Shown here in pieces: positions 1 to 10,312 of a stretch of DNA of 32,000 nucleotides (position 1 is its first letter; every line of letters begins with the position of its first letter). The position numbers were made by a program, and so were the translations under genes. The stretch is taken from positions 95,704 through 127,703 of the forward strand of contig CAVPON010000009.1 of the NCBI GenBank assembly GCA_963707035.1, in the 5' to 3' direction. Source of the stretch: an uncultured Methanobacteriaceae archaeon. Lineage in GTDB: Archaea > Methanobacteriota > Methanobacteria > Methanobacteriales > Methanobacteriaceae. A model generated the notes under the pieces. It searched no databases. It saw nothing but the letters and a program-made list of their open reading frames with translations, and was not told the DNA's origin.

Positions 1-795
1 TCTTACTTGAAGATGACCTACTAATTTATCAACTCTTCTTTTAGTGTTACAGAACACTAGGGAAAGATTGGGATTGTATAAATCTAGTAACCGGGATAAT
101 AAATCCAGTTTCATTTTCTCCTTAACTTCGAAATAGATTTGCTGTGTTTCTGGAACTGTGAGCTCTTTAGGTACTACCTTCAAGAATTCCGGGTCTTTTT
201 GAAATTTTCGTGTTAAATTTAATATGTCACGGGACATGGTGGCTGAAAATAGTAATGTCTGTCTATGTTCTGGAGTATCTCTTAATATTAACTCAATATC
301 CTCCCTAAATCCCATATCTAACATTTCATCAGCTTCATCTAATACAACGATTTTCACGTAGTCCATTTTTAATGTTCCACGTCGCATGTGATCCATTAAT
401 CTGCCAGGAGTACCTATAATAATTTGTACACCTTTTTTTAAAGCCTTAATTTGTCTATCTATTGGTTGGCCACCATAAATCGGTAGTACCTTAATTTTCT
501 TCATGAATTTAGATAACGTCCTGAGTTCTTCTGCTACTTGTATAGCTAGCTCTCTGGTTGGACATATTACTACGGCCTGAAGGGCATTATCATCTGGATC
601 AACCATCTCTAGAAGAGGTATTCCAAATGCTGCGGTTTTTCCAGTTCCAGTTTGAGCTTGACCTATAACATCTTTTCCTTCTAATATACATGGAATAGCT
701 AGGGACTGTATAGGTGTAGCTTCTTCAAATCCCATATCTAAAACCGCTTCCTCGATATGGCTGGAAATATTTAAATCTTTAAATTGTTTCTGCAT
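1..795 (-). CDS. DEAD-box ATP-dependent RNA helicase, N-terminal ~265 aa (C-terminus lies beyond the window edge)
   Basis: Reverse-strand translation from ATG at 795-793 reads MQKQFKDLNISSHIEEAVLDMGFEEATPIQ... It carries the Q motif (GFEEATPIQ), motif I (AQTGTGKT), motif Ia (PTRELA), the DEAD box (VVLDEADEM) and SAT (FSATM). The frame is open to position 1. It is absent from the ORF track because no stop lies in the window. Confidence 0.9.
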   Translation of the reverse strand, partial: MQKQFKDLNISSHIEEAVLDMGFEEATPIQSLAIPCILEGKDVIGQAQTGTGKTAAFGIPLLEMVDPDDNALQAVVICPTRELAIQVAEELRTLSKFMKKIKVLPIYGGQPIDRQIKALKKGVQIIIGTPGRLMDHMRRGTLKMDYVKIVVLDEADEMLDMGFREDIELILRDTPEHRQTLLFSATMSRDILNLTRKFQKDPEFLKVVPKELTVPETQQIYFEVKEKMKLDLLSRLLDLYNPNLSLVFCNTKRRVDKLVGHLQVR

Positions 796-1173
796 GTTAA
801 TTTTATCCTTCTTTTATTTCAATTATTTAATTTTTATTTTATATTTATTTTAATTTATATAATAATTAAGTAAAATTATTCACTAAAAAAAATTTCAATG
901 ATCAATATTAATATTTATAAATAATTTAATAGATATCTTGAAAAATAGATTAGAGTAAGATATACTGAGATACTTTCTAAAAGTAATCATAATAAATAGG
1001 GTACAGATTTAAAAAAAAAATTTTTAAACTGTTTATAATAGAATGATAATTTATTATTATTTATATTATCTATTTATTATTATATTTATAATAAAATTAG
1101 TTTAAATAATTAATGAAAAAGAGAGTAATCCCTTTCTCAAAAAATAGGTTCAAACTTGTAAATTAATTTTTTT

Positions 1174-3081
1174 TTAATGAGTTGTAGGTTGCTTTAAAAT
1201 TCCAGTAGGAACAATATCTGTGATCTTCCTCATCTTCTGCAGTAAACCTTTTTTACCTTTACCTATCAAAACATGTTCTAAAACATCACTTAAAGTCTCT
1301 ACTGGGATAATTTTAACCTTTTTCTTATACCTATCCTCTATGAAAACATCTTCCATATTAGTTTTAGGAATTAGTACTGTTTTAATACCAGCTTCAGCTG
1401 CAGCTTCTATTTTACCAGTTACTCCACCTACAGGAAGAACATCTCCCCGTACACTTAAAGAACCTGTAAGCGCTACTGACTGATCAATTGGGATATTCTC
1501 CAAGGCAGACACTACCGCTGCAGCAACAGAAACACTGGCACTGTCACCCTCCACACCATCATAAGCCTGTAAAAATTGGATGTGAATATCATGATTAGCT
1601 ATATTAGTACCCGTATTCTTTTTAATAAGCGCACTAACATTAGTTACAGCTTCCTTAGCAATTTCTCCTAGTTTACCCGTAGCAATTATTTTACCTTCTA
1701 AACTACTCTGCGCGGGTGCAGCCTCAGCAGCAATAGGTAAAATAATACCACTTCTATCCCCTACTATGGCTAAACCATTCACCCGTCCAACTTCTACACC
1801 CTCAGATTTGAATATCCTATATTTTTTCCTCTGCACAATATAACGATCAGCTATCTGCTGTTCTAGGGTTCTAGCTAATCTTTTAGCACTAATGATATGC
1901 TGTAATGTAACAAATTCTGCTCCTTCACCTTTCGCTATGTCACCAGCAGCTCTAACAAGACCACCTAAATCTCTTAACTTAAGAGTTAGAGAATCTTTAT
2001 TACCTGCCCGTCTCTGTGCTTCTCTAATAATCTCAGCTACAGCTTCACGGTTGAAGTGTGGAATCCTACCATCTTTAGTAACTTCCTGAGCAACAAATTG
2101 AACAAGTTTATCCCGGTTTTCGGGCGTATCAGGCATGGAATCCTTCATAAAAACCTCATAACCATAACCACGAATCCTAGAACGTAACGCTATGTGCATT
2201 CCTTCTAGAATTTGTATATTACCAGAAGCAACTAAAACAAAATCACAAGGAACTTCTTGAGATCGTACCATGGCTCCACTACTGGTTTCACTTTGCCCAG
2301 TTATAGAGTATTTTTTCTCTTGCATAGCTGTTAAGAGTTCTTGCTGGGTTTTCATATTCATAGTTCCAATCTCATCAATGTACAATACACCTTTGTTAGC
2401 TTTATGTATCATACCAGCTTCCACTCGTTCATGAGCAGGTGTCCCTAATCCACCAGATTGATAAGGGTCATGTCTAACGTCACCTAACAAGGCTCCAGCG
2501 TGAGCTCCGGTACCGTCTATGAATGGAGCAGTTTTGTGCATATTATTATTCACAAGTAATTTAGGTACCATCACGGAAGTTCTTGGCTTCATCTGTTGAA
2601 TTACTAAGAACACAATTCCTGCTGCAATTATGGCAGCTAAGATCTGATTTAGGACGAATCCGGCTACTAAGATTAAACCTATGATGACCATCATCAACAT
2701 ATTTTTTCTTTCTTCTTGTCCCTTAGCTTTTACTTTATAATTTGTTACCACCTTTTTACCTTCACCTGAAGGCATGGCTCCAATTAAAGGGTTATGATTA
2801 TCCTCCGCATTAGGGTAAACAAGTACATCTTGAAGTTCTTCAGGCGGTAAGAGTTCTGCCATTCCTTTAGCTAGCATAGATTTACCTATACCGGGCTCAC
2901 CAATTAAAAGCACATTCCTTCTTTGTTTAGCTGCTTTTTTGACGGTTTCTGTGGCTTCTTCTTGACCTATGATTTGATCTATGATCCTATCCGGTACATC
3001 GATGTCCTCTGAAGTTTTGTAACTTCTAAAATTAAGAGTTTCCTTAAATGAATTTGTTGAATTTGAACTTATATTTGCCAT
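1174..3081 (-). CDS. lon: Archaeal membrane-bound Lon protease (LonB type)
   Basis: 635-aa ORF. Walker A is GEPGIGKS. A hydrophobic membrane insertion (MLMMVIIGLILVAGFVLNQILAAIIAAGIVFLVIQQ) sits inside the AAA+ module. The C-terminal Lon protease domain has the Ser motif GDSASVS and a downstream Lys (GGVTGKIEAA). An SD-like AAGGAGGT lies at 3100-3093 on the reverse strand. Confidence 0.93.
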   Translation of the reverse strand: MANISSNSTNSFKETLNFRSYKTSEDIDVPDRIIDQIIGQEEATETVKKAAKQRRNVLLIGEPGIGKSMLAKGMAELLPPEELQDVLVYPNAEDNHNPLIGAMPSGEGKKVVTNYKVKAKGQEERKNMLMMVIIGLILVAGFVLNQILAAIIAAGIVFLVIQQMKPRTSVMVPKLLVNNNMHKTAPFIDGTGAHAGALLGDVRHDPYQSGGLGTPAHERVEAGMIHKANKGVLYIDEIGTMNMKTQQELLTAMQEKKYSITGQSETSSGAMVRSQEVPCDFVLVASGNIQILEGMHIALRSRIRGYGYEVFMKDSMPDTPENRDKLVQFVAQEVTKDGRIPHFNREAVAEIIREAQRRAGNKDSLTLKLRDLGGLVRAAGDIAKGEGAEFVTLQHIISAKRLARTLEQQIADRYIVQRKKYRIFKSEGVEVGRVNGLAIVGDRSGIILPIAAEAAPAQSSLEGKIIATGKLGEIAKEAVTNVSALIKKNTGTNIANHDIHIQFLQAYDGVEGDSASVSVAAAVVSALENIPIDQSVALTGSLSVRGDVLPVGGVTGKIEAAAEAGIKTVLIPKTNMEDVFIEDRYKKKVKIIPVETLSDVLEHVLIGKGKKGLLQKMRKITDIVPTGILKQPTTH

Positions 3082-3390
3082 AACTCATGACAACCTCCTT
3101 TATTCGACAGATAAACAAAAAATAAAATTAAATTGTTTAATTAGTTTGATATATTATTATATTGAATGTTAACTATTTATATTGAACATTTAACTTTTAT
3201 AAAATTTTGTTTAATATATGATTTACTATATATATCTATGTTTTATTTTTTATAAATATTTTAACAGAATTAAATAATTAACAAAAAATAATATGAAAGA
3301 AAGTTTTAATGAAAAATTTGTTTTAAGAGATAAAACTAATGAATAAATTATTATATTAATATTATATTGATTTAGTTGAGGTAGAAATTT

Positions 3391-4913
3391 TTGTATCCTA
3401 AAAATAAAGCAAAATGTATAATGGTACAAGGGACATCATCTAACGCTGGTAAAAGTGTAGTAGTGACTGCACTTTGCCGAATATTTGCCAAAAGGGGATT
3501 CCAAGTGACTCCTTTCAAATCTCAGAACATGTCGCTTAACTCGTATACGACAAATGAAAATGCAGAAATCGCTATGGCACAAGTACTCCAGGCAGAAGCT
3601 GCAGGACTGGAACCATCATATCATATGAATCCTATCCTTTTAAAACCCAAGGAAGACTTCATCTCTCAAGTGATAGTTCATGGAAAACCAGTAGGAGACA
3701 TGAATTTTTATTATTACCAGAATAACTTCAGAAAAGAAGCAATTAAAGCAATTAAAAAATCAATTGAAGTTTTAAAAAAAGACTATGATTTAATTGTAAT
3801 AGAGGGAGCTGGATCTCCAGCAGAAATAAATATGCAAGATGTTGATTTAGCTAACATGAAAATAGCAGAATTAACAGATGCTGATGTGTTTTTAGTGGCA
3901 GATATTGATCGTGGAGGGGTTTTTGCATCCATAGCTGGCACATTCTCTCTTCTAAAAAAGGAGGATCGTAATAGGATTAAGGGAATTATCATCAACAAGT
4001 TCCGAGGCAATCTGGATATTTTGATGCCCGGAATTAGACAAATTGAGGAGATTGTTGGTGTACCTGTGTTAGGTGTTTTACCTTACGATGAAAATCTTAA
4101 ACTCCCCGAAGAAGACTCGGCATCACTATCAGAACATAAATTTCAAGAAAATGAAAAAATATCCGTAGGAGTCATGCGATTCCCTAGAATAGCCAACTTT
4201 ACAGATATAGATCCACTGGAATATGAACCGGATGTAGGAATAAAATTAATTGAATTAAATGATAATATAGGCAACATGGATGCATTAATACTTCCCGGTA
4301 CTAGAAACACTATAAGTGATCTGGTTGCAGTTCGTGAAGCTGGTTTAATAGATGAAATTTGTAATATATCACGTGAAATACCAGTGTTTGGCCTTTGCGG
4401 TGGTTATCAAATGTTAGGATCTAAAATTATCGATAATTCATTCAAAGAATCTAAATACGGTACTGTTGATGGCTTGGGATTACTTGATACTAAAACACTT
4501 TTCGAAGACGAAGGCAAAATAATAACCCAAAGTCAAGGAGAATTATTGGGAAATGGAATATTTAAATCTTTAAAAGGTGATCTGGTTAATGGTTACGAGT
4601 TGCATGAAGGACCAATATACTTAATAAGTCAAAACCATTTCTTAGAATTATTAAAGGATGTGGTAATCATCCAAAATCCCATTATGATGGAGCTGTAAAT
4701 GGTTATGTTACGGGATCATATTTTCATGGTTTATTCCATAATTTCCGCCTTAGAAGATACTTTACAGATTATTTAAGATTAGAGAAAGGATTGGATTCAT
4801 TAGGATTTATTAAGGATGATTTCGAGGATATTAAAAAATTTTCTATAGATCGATTAGCAGAAATATTTGAAAATAATACGGATATGAAGTTTATAGATCG
4901 TTTAATAGAATGA
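3391..4913 (+). pseudogene. cobQ: Cobyric acid synthase CobQ/CbiP, interrupted by a 1-nt-class frameshift near 4608-4612 (true pseudogene or sequencing error)
   Basis: Frame 1 (3391-4698) carries the N-terminal P-loop MVQGTSSNAGKS, the GATase Cys motif (GLCGGYQMLG) and GYELHEG, then a non-conserved tail and TAA at 4696-4698. Frame 3 is open from 4608 to TGA at 4911-4913. It encodes TNILNKSKPFLRIIKG...HYDGAVNGYVTGSYFHGLFHN..., the conserved CobQ C-terminus. The start is TTG 3391 (SD GAGGT at 3378-3382) or ATG 3421. Confidence 0.85.
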
Positions 4914-5122
4914 AAAATTTTATTTATTTATGGTTGCATTTTTAGGAGAATATTAACAATGATGGGCAATAACATACTATATTTCAAACATAATAGCAAT
5001 TATTATAAAAAAAATATTACCGATGATATGTAAAATGTTGAAATTTAATATATTCTATAATCCATTATAATAGAAAAAATGAATTTATTATTATCTATTT
5101 AGTTTAATTAAATATTAATAAT

Positions 5123-5773
5123 TCATTTGGTAAATTTTTTCATAACATCTTTAGCATATTTTGATTTAACTAGGATTGAAACTTTATTACCTTTATTTAA
5201 AACCATACTTGGTTTAGGAATAATTATATCACCATTTTCATAAATTGCTACTATTATAAAATTATCAGTAGGACTAATATCACCTATTTTTTTCCCTATA
5301 ACTTTATCATTTTCCAACGTTAAATCTAATAATTCTGCATCTCCTTGTCCAAGAACTATTAAATCTGCAATTTTAGGCCTTATTATTAATTTTTCAAGGT
5401 AGCCAGCTGCAGCAAGTTCAGGGCTTATAACTGAATCAACACCTATCTTTTCAAAAACAGTTTTATGATTAGGATCACTTACCCTGGCAATAATCTTTGG
5501 AACATTATATTCCCTCACCATTACACAGGCTAATAGATTGGCCTCATCATTTCCAGTGGCTGCCACAAAAACATCACTATCGCTTATATTAGCTTTTTCT
5601 AAAGTTTTAATGTCCGTTCCATTACCATAGATCACTAAAGCATCTAATTCAGCTGAAGCATTATTACATAAATTTTCATCATTTTCTACTAGAGTAATAT
5701 CGTGTCCATCAGAAATTAAAAATGAAGCTAGGTTGAGACCTACTCTTCCACCGCCCATTATCACAACATACAT
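5123..5773 (-). CDS. trkA: TrkA-family K+ transport regulatory protein (RCK: TrkA-N NAD-binding plus TrkA-C)
   Basis: The ORF track gives 5123-5797. The Rossmann motif VIMGGGRVG follows the internal ATG at 5773 ([12 protein letters not shown]...), which is preceded by an SD-like GGTGGAAG. The C-terminal half resembles TrkA-C ([27 protein letters not shown]). Confidence 0.85.
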   Translation of the reverse strand: MYVVIMGGGRVGLNLASFLISDGHDITLVENDENLCNNASAELDALVIYGNGTDIKTLEKANISDSDVFVAATGNDEANLLACVMVREYNVPKIIARVSDPNHKTVFEKIGVDSVISPELAAAGYLEKLIIRPKIADLIVLGQGDAELLDLTLENDKVIGKKIGDISPTDNFIIVAIYENGDIIIPKPSMVLNKGNKVSILVKSKYAKDVMKKFTK

Positions 5774-6138
5774 AACTTCCACCACTATATAAATCAAATT
5801 TTTTTTTACAGTTAACTTATTTTATAGCATTTTTTTTAATTAATAATATGCATTTCCAAAATTAAAGCCCCATCATCGCTAATTTTTGTATTTTATGGAT
5901 TATAAAGTAATTTTTTGGAGCTAAGCTAGTAATATATTATTTTAGTACTTAAATTTTTCTGTGAAATCTAAACACTATTTTGTCAGTTCAACTTAATCCT
6001 CTTAAATATATTTTTTATTATATTAATTAAGAGGGATATAATAGTAAAAAAAAGATTGAATATACTATATGTTTCCTAATCATAAAAAAAAGAATAGAAA
6101 ATGCAGAATTTATAATTATCTGCAATATATCTTTCCAC

Positions 6139-7461
6139 TTATGATATGAAGTGTATGCCTATTGTTTGGATTACAATTACGGTTATAATGATTCCTATTA
6201 CGACCAGTGGTGTTCCTGCTTTAAAAATCTCCGGAATACTAACATATTTAGTTCCGTAAGCCATCGCAACAGTAGGATCAGCCATTGGTAACATGAAAGA
6301 CAATGAACAAGCTATTGCCACAGGCACTGCGTAAAGTCCAATAGGTTGATGCTGAGCCGATGCCAAGGTAACTGCAATAGGCACCAGTATAGCCGCCAAT
6401 GCAATGTTAGACATTACCTGAGTAATAAGAACAGCAATCACCATTAACGTAACCATGATTAGTAATGTGGATGCGTGTGGTCCTAAGAATCCTACAATAT
6501 AATTCACCAGCCAATTTGCAGCTCCGCTGTGAAGTAACGCCGCTCCCAATGAGAGTGCTCCTCCAAAGAATATTATAAGACCCCAATCAACACCTTCATG
6601 CGCATCATCCCAATCAATAACTCGGAATACAAATATTAACACTGCACCGATTAACGCTACAGAGAAACTGTCCAAACCATTCCATTGAGTGGTAACCCAT
6701 AAAGCAATGGTAAAAGCGAGTATTCCTATAGTGAATTTTTCATCCCTACTTATAGGACCTAAACTTGCCTTTTTTGCGTTTATGGTTTCCATTCCACCGA
6801 CTACTCCCTTGATTTCGGATTTAAATATTACTCCTAACCATTTCCAGATGATTGCCATTAGGATGAATGCTAGTGGGAATCCGAAGATCATCCAGTTAAC
6901 AAATGGTAGGTTGGTGTAAGCTGCAGCCATCAGGTTAGGTGCGGTTCCTATTTCTGTTCCAAATCCCCCTGCAAGAGAACCATATGAACCACCCAAAGCC
7001 AAAGACTTAGCTAGGTTACTTTTACCTAGTTCTGCATCGTGAACACCCATCAATGGTATGATTTCCTTGATAATAGGAAGCAGCATAGCATATGCTACCA
7101 CGTTTTCAATGAAAGCTGATAGAAGTCCAGTTGACCATACAACCACAAAAATAGCCCTGTCTGGAGTGGTACCGAACCGACTGAGCATATTGAAAGTTAA
7201 ACGTGCTGCAAGACCGCTTTTACGGATTGCCACTGCAATTATGAAACCTCCAATCATCAGAAAGATGATGGGATTAGCAAAACCAATAACTGCATTGGTA
7301 AATGTAGCCACACCAATTACGGGTTGAATAAACAAAAGTAACAATGATGTAACTGCTAAGTGAAGTGCCTCAGTAACCCACATCACTATAGCGAAAAGTA
7401 AAAGAGCAATTGAAGCGTGCCCGGCATAACCCAAACCAGGTAACGGTATCAGCATAACCAC
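6139..7461 (-). CDS. DASS/ArsB-superfamily anion (citrate/dicarboxylate-type) permease
   Basis: 440-aa polytopic membrane ORF. The N-terminal ...[22 protein letters not shown] and the repeated hairpin-like G/A/S-rich segments are typical of the Na+/anion symporter (CitMHS/SLC13-like) fold. The first canonical start is GTG 7461, but the reading frame and a hydrophobic helix continue upstream (see findings). Confidence 0.7.
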   Translation of the reverse strand: MVMLIPLPGLGYAGHASIALLLFAIVMWVTEALHLAVTSLLLLFIQPVIGVATFTNAVIGFANPIIFLMIGGFIIAVAIRKSGLAARLTFNMLSRFGTTPDRAIFVVVWSTGLLSAFIENVVAYAMLLPIIKEIIPLMGVHDAELGKSNLAKSLALGGSYGSLAGGFGTEIGTAPNLMAAAYTNLPFVNWMIFGFPLAFILMAIIWKWLGVIFKSEIKGVVGGMETINAKKASLGPISRDEKFTIGILAFTIALWVTTQWNGLDSFSVALIGAVLIFVFRVIDWDDAHEGVDWGLIIFFGGALSLGAALLHSGAANWLVNYIVGFLGPHASTLLIMVTLMVIAVLITQVMSNIALAAILVPIAVTLASAQHQPIGLYAVPVAIACSLSFMLPMADPTVAMAYGTKYVSIPEIFKAGTPLVVIGIIITVIVIQTIGIHFIS

Positions 7462-8018
7462 AACAAAGATTATTATAGCTAATGGTATACCTAATTTCTG
7501 AAGATTAATTTCCGTATTTATCCCTCCTTTCCAATTTTTTTTATTATACTATCAATATTTAAACAAAAAAAAGTGGGTTTGATTTCTTTAATAAATTTAT
7601 CGGTTTTATTTTCTTAAATTTTATCTTGATGATTAATTAATTAATATTTTATAATACATCATATTAAAAAAAAATTAATCGGAAGAATGTTTCCTTTATT
7701 ATCATATAAATATTTCGAAATGATTTCCTTGACGATTTAAAAATTGGAAATTGTCAAATTAAGATGTTTTTATATTTGATTAAGCAAATTAGGGAAAATA
7801 TAAAAAAAATAGAATTTTTGTTTAAAAAAAAATGGATATTAATGAATAAAGGCGATACTAATCCTGATATTTATTCTATCATGAATAATTTAGTTATTAT
7901 AGAGTTTAACTTAATAAATCGATGAAATATCTTTTTTTATTCCATTCATTTTGCTTAATATTTTAAGAATTGATTTAGTTGGATATTCTTAAGTTAAAAT
8001 TAGAACTATACCTAAAAA

Positions 8019-8028
8019 TTTATATATA
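8019..8028 (+). promoter_or_regulatory. Archaeal TATA box candidate for the tRNA-Gly pair
   Basis: TTTATATATA is preceded by an A-rich BRE-like AAAAA, about 40 nt upstream of the first mature tRNA 5' end. This is consistent with a short leader. Confidence 0.4.
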
Positions 8029-8066
8029 ATAAACCTGAAACCATGGTATGCTGTCAAATATATTCA

Positions 8067-8142
<76 letters not shown>

Positions 8143-8144
8143 TC

Positions 8145-8218
<74 letters not shown>

Positions 8219-8225
8219 TTTAATA

Positions 8226-8233
8226 TTTTTTTT
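8226..8233 (+). terminator. Oligo-T archaeal terminator after the tRNA pair
   Basis: A run of 8 T begins 8 nt after the second tRNA. An A-run at 8241-8249 supplies a T-run for the convergent CBS gene on the other strand. Confidence 0.5.
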
Positions 8234-8286
8234 AGTTTTAAAAAAAAATGATATTTATTTTTAATTAAATTCTAATTTTACGTATT

Positions 8287-8706
8287 TCAATTTTTAACCG
8301 GCACAAGTACTTCTGCTGCGACTAATCGACAAATATCAGTCTTCGTTATAACGCCAACTGGTTTTTTATCTGCTAGTACTAAAAGACCAGATATGTCTGC
8401 TCTGATCATTAGATTAGCGGCGTTCTTTATATCATCATCAATTGATATTGTCATAATATTTTTAGACATTATCTCCGCTATATGTGGGGTAATGCCTTCT
8501 TTATTAGGTTTTATATTACCTAAAACTCCAATTAGATCTGTGTAGGATATTACACCCTGAGTTTTTCCATCATTATCCATTACAAATAATCTGCGTATTC
8601 CTTCTTTGTACATCTTTTGAAAGGCTTCTAATGGAGTTGTGTTTGAGTTGATTGTTATAATGTTTGGATTCATGGCTTCTTTAATTTTCATGCTGATCAT
8701 TTCCAC
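8287..8706 (-). CDS. CBS-domain pair protein
   Basis: 139-aa ORF with two CBS repeats (IMSKNIMTISIDDDIKNAANLM... and GLLVLADKKPVGVITKTDICRL). The start is GTG 8706, or the ATG at 8700 or 8691 (MKIKEAMNPN...). Confidence 0.8.
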   Translation of the reverse strand: MEMISMKIKEAMNPNIITINSNTTPLEAFQKMYKEGIRRLFVMDNDGKTQGVISYTDLIGVLGNIKPNKEGITPHIAEIMSKNIMTISIDDDIKNAANLMIRADISGLLVLADKKPVGVITKTDICRLVAAEVLVPVKN

Positions 8707-8927
8707 ATTATATAATAATAATAATGCAATGTGAGTTTTTTTTTTATTTTAAAAAATTAGAACTTATATAATAAATATAAGAACTTTTAATTTTATTAAT
8801 TTATTCTTATGATTGAATGAGTAAATATGTTGGATAAGTTATAAATACTGAAAATATACTAAAATAGTATTATAATAATAAATTATTTATTTTATATACT
8901 TACTAGATGTGAATTTTGATATTAATC

Positions 8928-8950
8928 ATATTGTTCACGTTCAACAATAT
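8928..8950. promoter_or_regulatory. Inverted repeat ATATTGTT-N7-AACAATAT, a candidate operator upstream of nikR
   Basis: A perfect 8-bp inverted repeat with a 7-nt spacer (CACGTTC) lies about 20 nt upstream of the nikR TATA box. Confidence 0.35.
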
Positions 8951-8968
8951 TGTGTTCTGATAACAAAC

Positions 8969-8978
8969 TTTATATATT
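8969..8978 (+). promoter_or_regulatory. TATA box candidate for nikR
   Basis: TTTATATATT lies about 48 nt upstream of ATG 9026. SD GAAGGAGAG at 9010-9018. Confidence 0.45.
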
Positions 8979-9025
8979 CGAAATTTGTATTATCATAATA
9001 TAAAAAGTGAAGGAGAGAATAAAAA

Positions 9026-9448
9026 ATGATGAGAATAAGTATGTCATTGCCCAAAAAGCTCTTAAATGAATTCGACGAAGTGCTTAAAGATCGAGGATAC
9101 CAATCACGATCAAAAGGAATACGTGACGCTCTTAAAGATTACATAGTACGTTATCAGTGGATGAATGAGATGGAAGGCGACCGCATAGGAATTCTCGCCG
9201 TAATATACGACCATCATTACACCGGTGTTATGGAGGATCTCACCGACATTCAGCACGACTATCGAGAATATATAAATGCAGTTATGCACGTACATATGAC
9301 TGATAAGTATTGTTTAGAAGTAGTAGTAGTTAAAGGAGACGTTAAATACATCCGCGAGCTTACAGAGAAAATAATGAGACTCAAAGGTGTCGAACACGTT
9401 AAACTAACCAGCACCGCCAGCGGAGAGAAACTGAGTAAATTACAATAA
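9026..9448 (+). CDS. nikR: Nickel-responsive transcriptional regulator NikR (ribbon-helix-helix plus ACT-like Ni-binding domain)
   Basis: The N-terminal RISMSLPKKLLNEFDEVLKDRGYQSRSKGIRDALKDYI is the canonical NikR RHH. The C-terminal domain carries the His/Cys-containing segment VIYDHHYTGV...HVHMTDKYCLEVVVVKG. Confidence 0.9.
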   Translation: MMRISMSLPKKLLNEFDEVLKDRGYQSRSKGIRDALKDYIVRYQWMNEMEGDRIGILAVIYDHHYTGVMEDLTDIQHDYREYINAVMHVHMTDKYCLEVVVVKGDVKYIRELTEKIMRLKGVEHVKLTSTASGEKLSKLQ

Positions 9449-9537
9449 AAGTAATGCGAATTTATTGATAGGACAAAGTAATACAAAAATTTTTTTAATG
9501 AATTTCTAAACTCAAAAAGTAAGGGTTAATAACAGAA

Positions 9538-10299
9538 ATGTCCTATCATCATAATCTCACTTCAGATTACGAGAGATTAGCTGGATTTTATGAATCCATA
9601 ACAAAAAAATCTGAAGGTATTGTATTTGATATAGGAACCGGTTCAGGCATACTCAGCACTTGGGCTGCTCCTTACGCTAATTTTATTTATGCTGTGGAAA
9701 AGGATTCTATTGTAGCGGAAAAAACAAGAACCTACTTAAATAGTTTTAAAAATATTTCTTTTATAGAAGGCGACGCTCGTAAAATACAATTCCCAGAGAA
9801 AGCTGATCTAATTATATGTGAAATGTTAGATACAGCTCTTATAGATGAAGAACAGGTTCCAGTACTTAATTCTGTTCTAAAGTACCTCAAAAGAAATGGA
9901 ACCATCATTCCTCAAGGAGTAATTAACATTGCGGAACCAGTTCACATGGAAGCAGAACATTTATATTATGAGGAAACTGAAAATCCTAGCCATCATACCC
10001 TTGGTCCATTAATAGTATATAGTAAATATGATTTCAAGAAATCTATAAATCCTGAGGCAGATTTTGATTTACAATTCAAAATAAGTAGAGAGGGGATTTT
10101 AAATGGTGTAAAAATCACCACTTTCACACTTATTACATCTAATATAATTTGTGGACCAACTCCCATGTTAAATCCTCCTTTATTGATCCCAATAGAGGAA
10201 TTAAGAGTTAAAAAGCATGATACTATAACAATTAATTTAAGTTATACTATGGGCGGTGGATTAAATACAATTAGAACTGAAATTAAAGAAATTTCTTAA
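9538..10299 (+). CDS. Class I SAM-dependent methyltransferase, PRMT-like fold (substrate unknown)
   Basis: SAM motif I is VFDIGTGSGILS, post-I is YAVEKD, and an acidic motif LIICEMLDTALIDEEQV follows. The layout resembles protein arginine/predicted RNA methylases. The C-terminal ~110 aa is a beta-barrel-like extension. Confidence 0.7.
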   Translation: MSYHHNLTSDYERLAGFYESITKKSEGIVFDIGTGSGILSTWAAPYANFIYAVEKDSIVAEKTRTYLNSFKNISFIEGDARKIQFPEKADLIICEMLDTALIDEEQVPVLNSVLKYLKRNGTIIPQGVINIAEPVHMEAEHLYYEETENPSHHTLGPLIVYSKYDFKKSINPEADFDLQFKISREGILNGVKITTFTLITSNIICGPTPMLNPPLLIPIEELRVKKHDTITINLSYTMGGGLNTIRTEIKEIS

Positions 10300-10312
10300 A
10301 AACAGTAATAAA

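Noticed and set aside
1220-2089. Plus-strand ORFs (87 aa, 65 aa) inside lon. Similar antisense or out-of-frame ORFs occur at 3783-4010, 6689-7327, 9110-9486, 11230-12006, 12797-13177, 16048-16230, 17476-17670, 18772-19116, 21892-22263, 22664-22873, 23312-23617, 24344-24526, 26508-29351, 30099-30507 and 31569-31811.
   Set aside because: Each lies entirely within a longer ORF on the other strand or frame that has clear family motifs. Their products are low-complexity mirror translations with no motifs or SD.
3158-3199. Imperfect tandem direct repeat TATATTGAA(TG/CAT)TTAACT.. (two ~21-nt copies) in the lon/cobQ divergent spacer.
   Set aside because: There are only two copies, with an indel and mismatches, in extremely AT-rich promoter DNA. 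This is most simply overlapping TATA-like sequence.
3391-4913. The idea that the CobQ glutaminase domain could serve as the GatD-like partner of the MurT-like ligase at 16453-18015.
   Set aside because: This is a full-length cobyric acid synthase with its own N-terminal ATPase domain. It lies 12 kb away in an unrelated transcription unit, so the resemblance is family-level only.
4959-5033. 24-codon sORF (MMGNNILYFKHNSNYYKKNITDDM) with an AGGAG 10 nt upstream, in the cobQ/trkA convergent spacer.
   Set aside because: It is short and hydrophilic with AT-driven composition, and conservation cannot be assessed. It is likely chance in a terminator region.
5998-6034. Hairpin CCTCTTAA-N21-TTAAGAGG between the permease 3' end and the trkA promoter. 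A similar 8-bp hairpin (TTAAGAAT-N14-ATTCTTAA) lies at 7963-7992.
   Set aside because: These are short AT-rich stems with large loops, which are expected by chance at this base composition. Archaeal termination relies mainly on oligo-T tracts.
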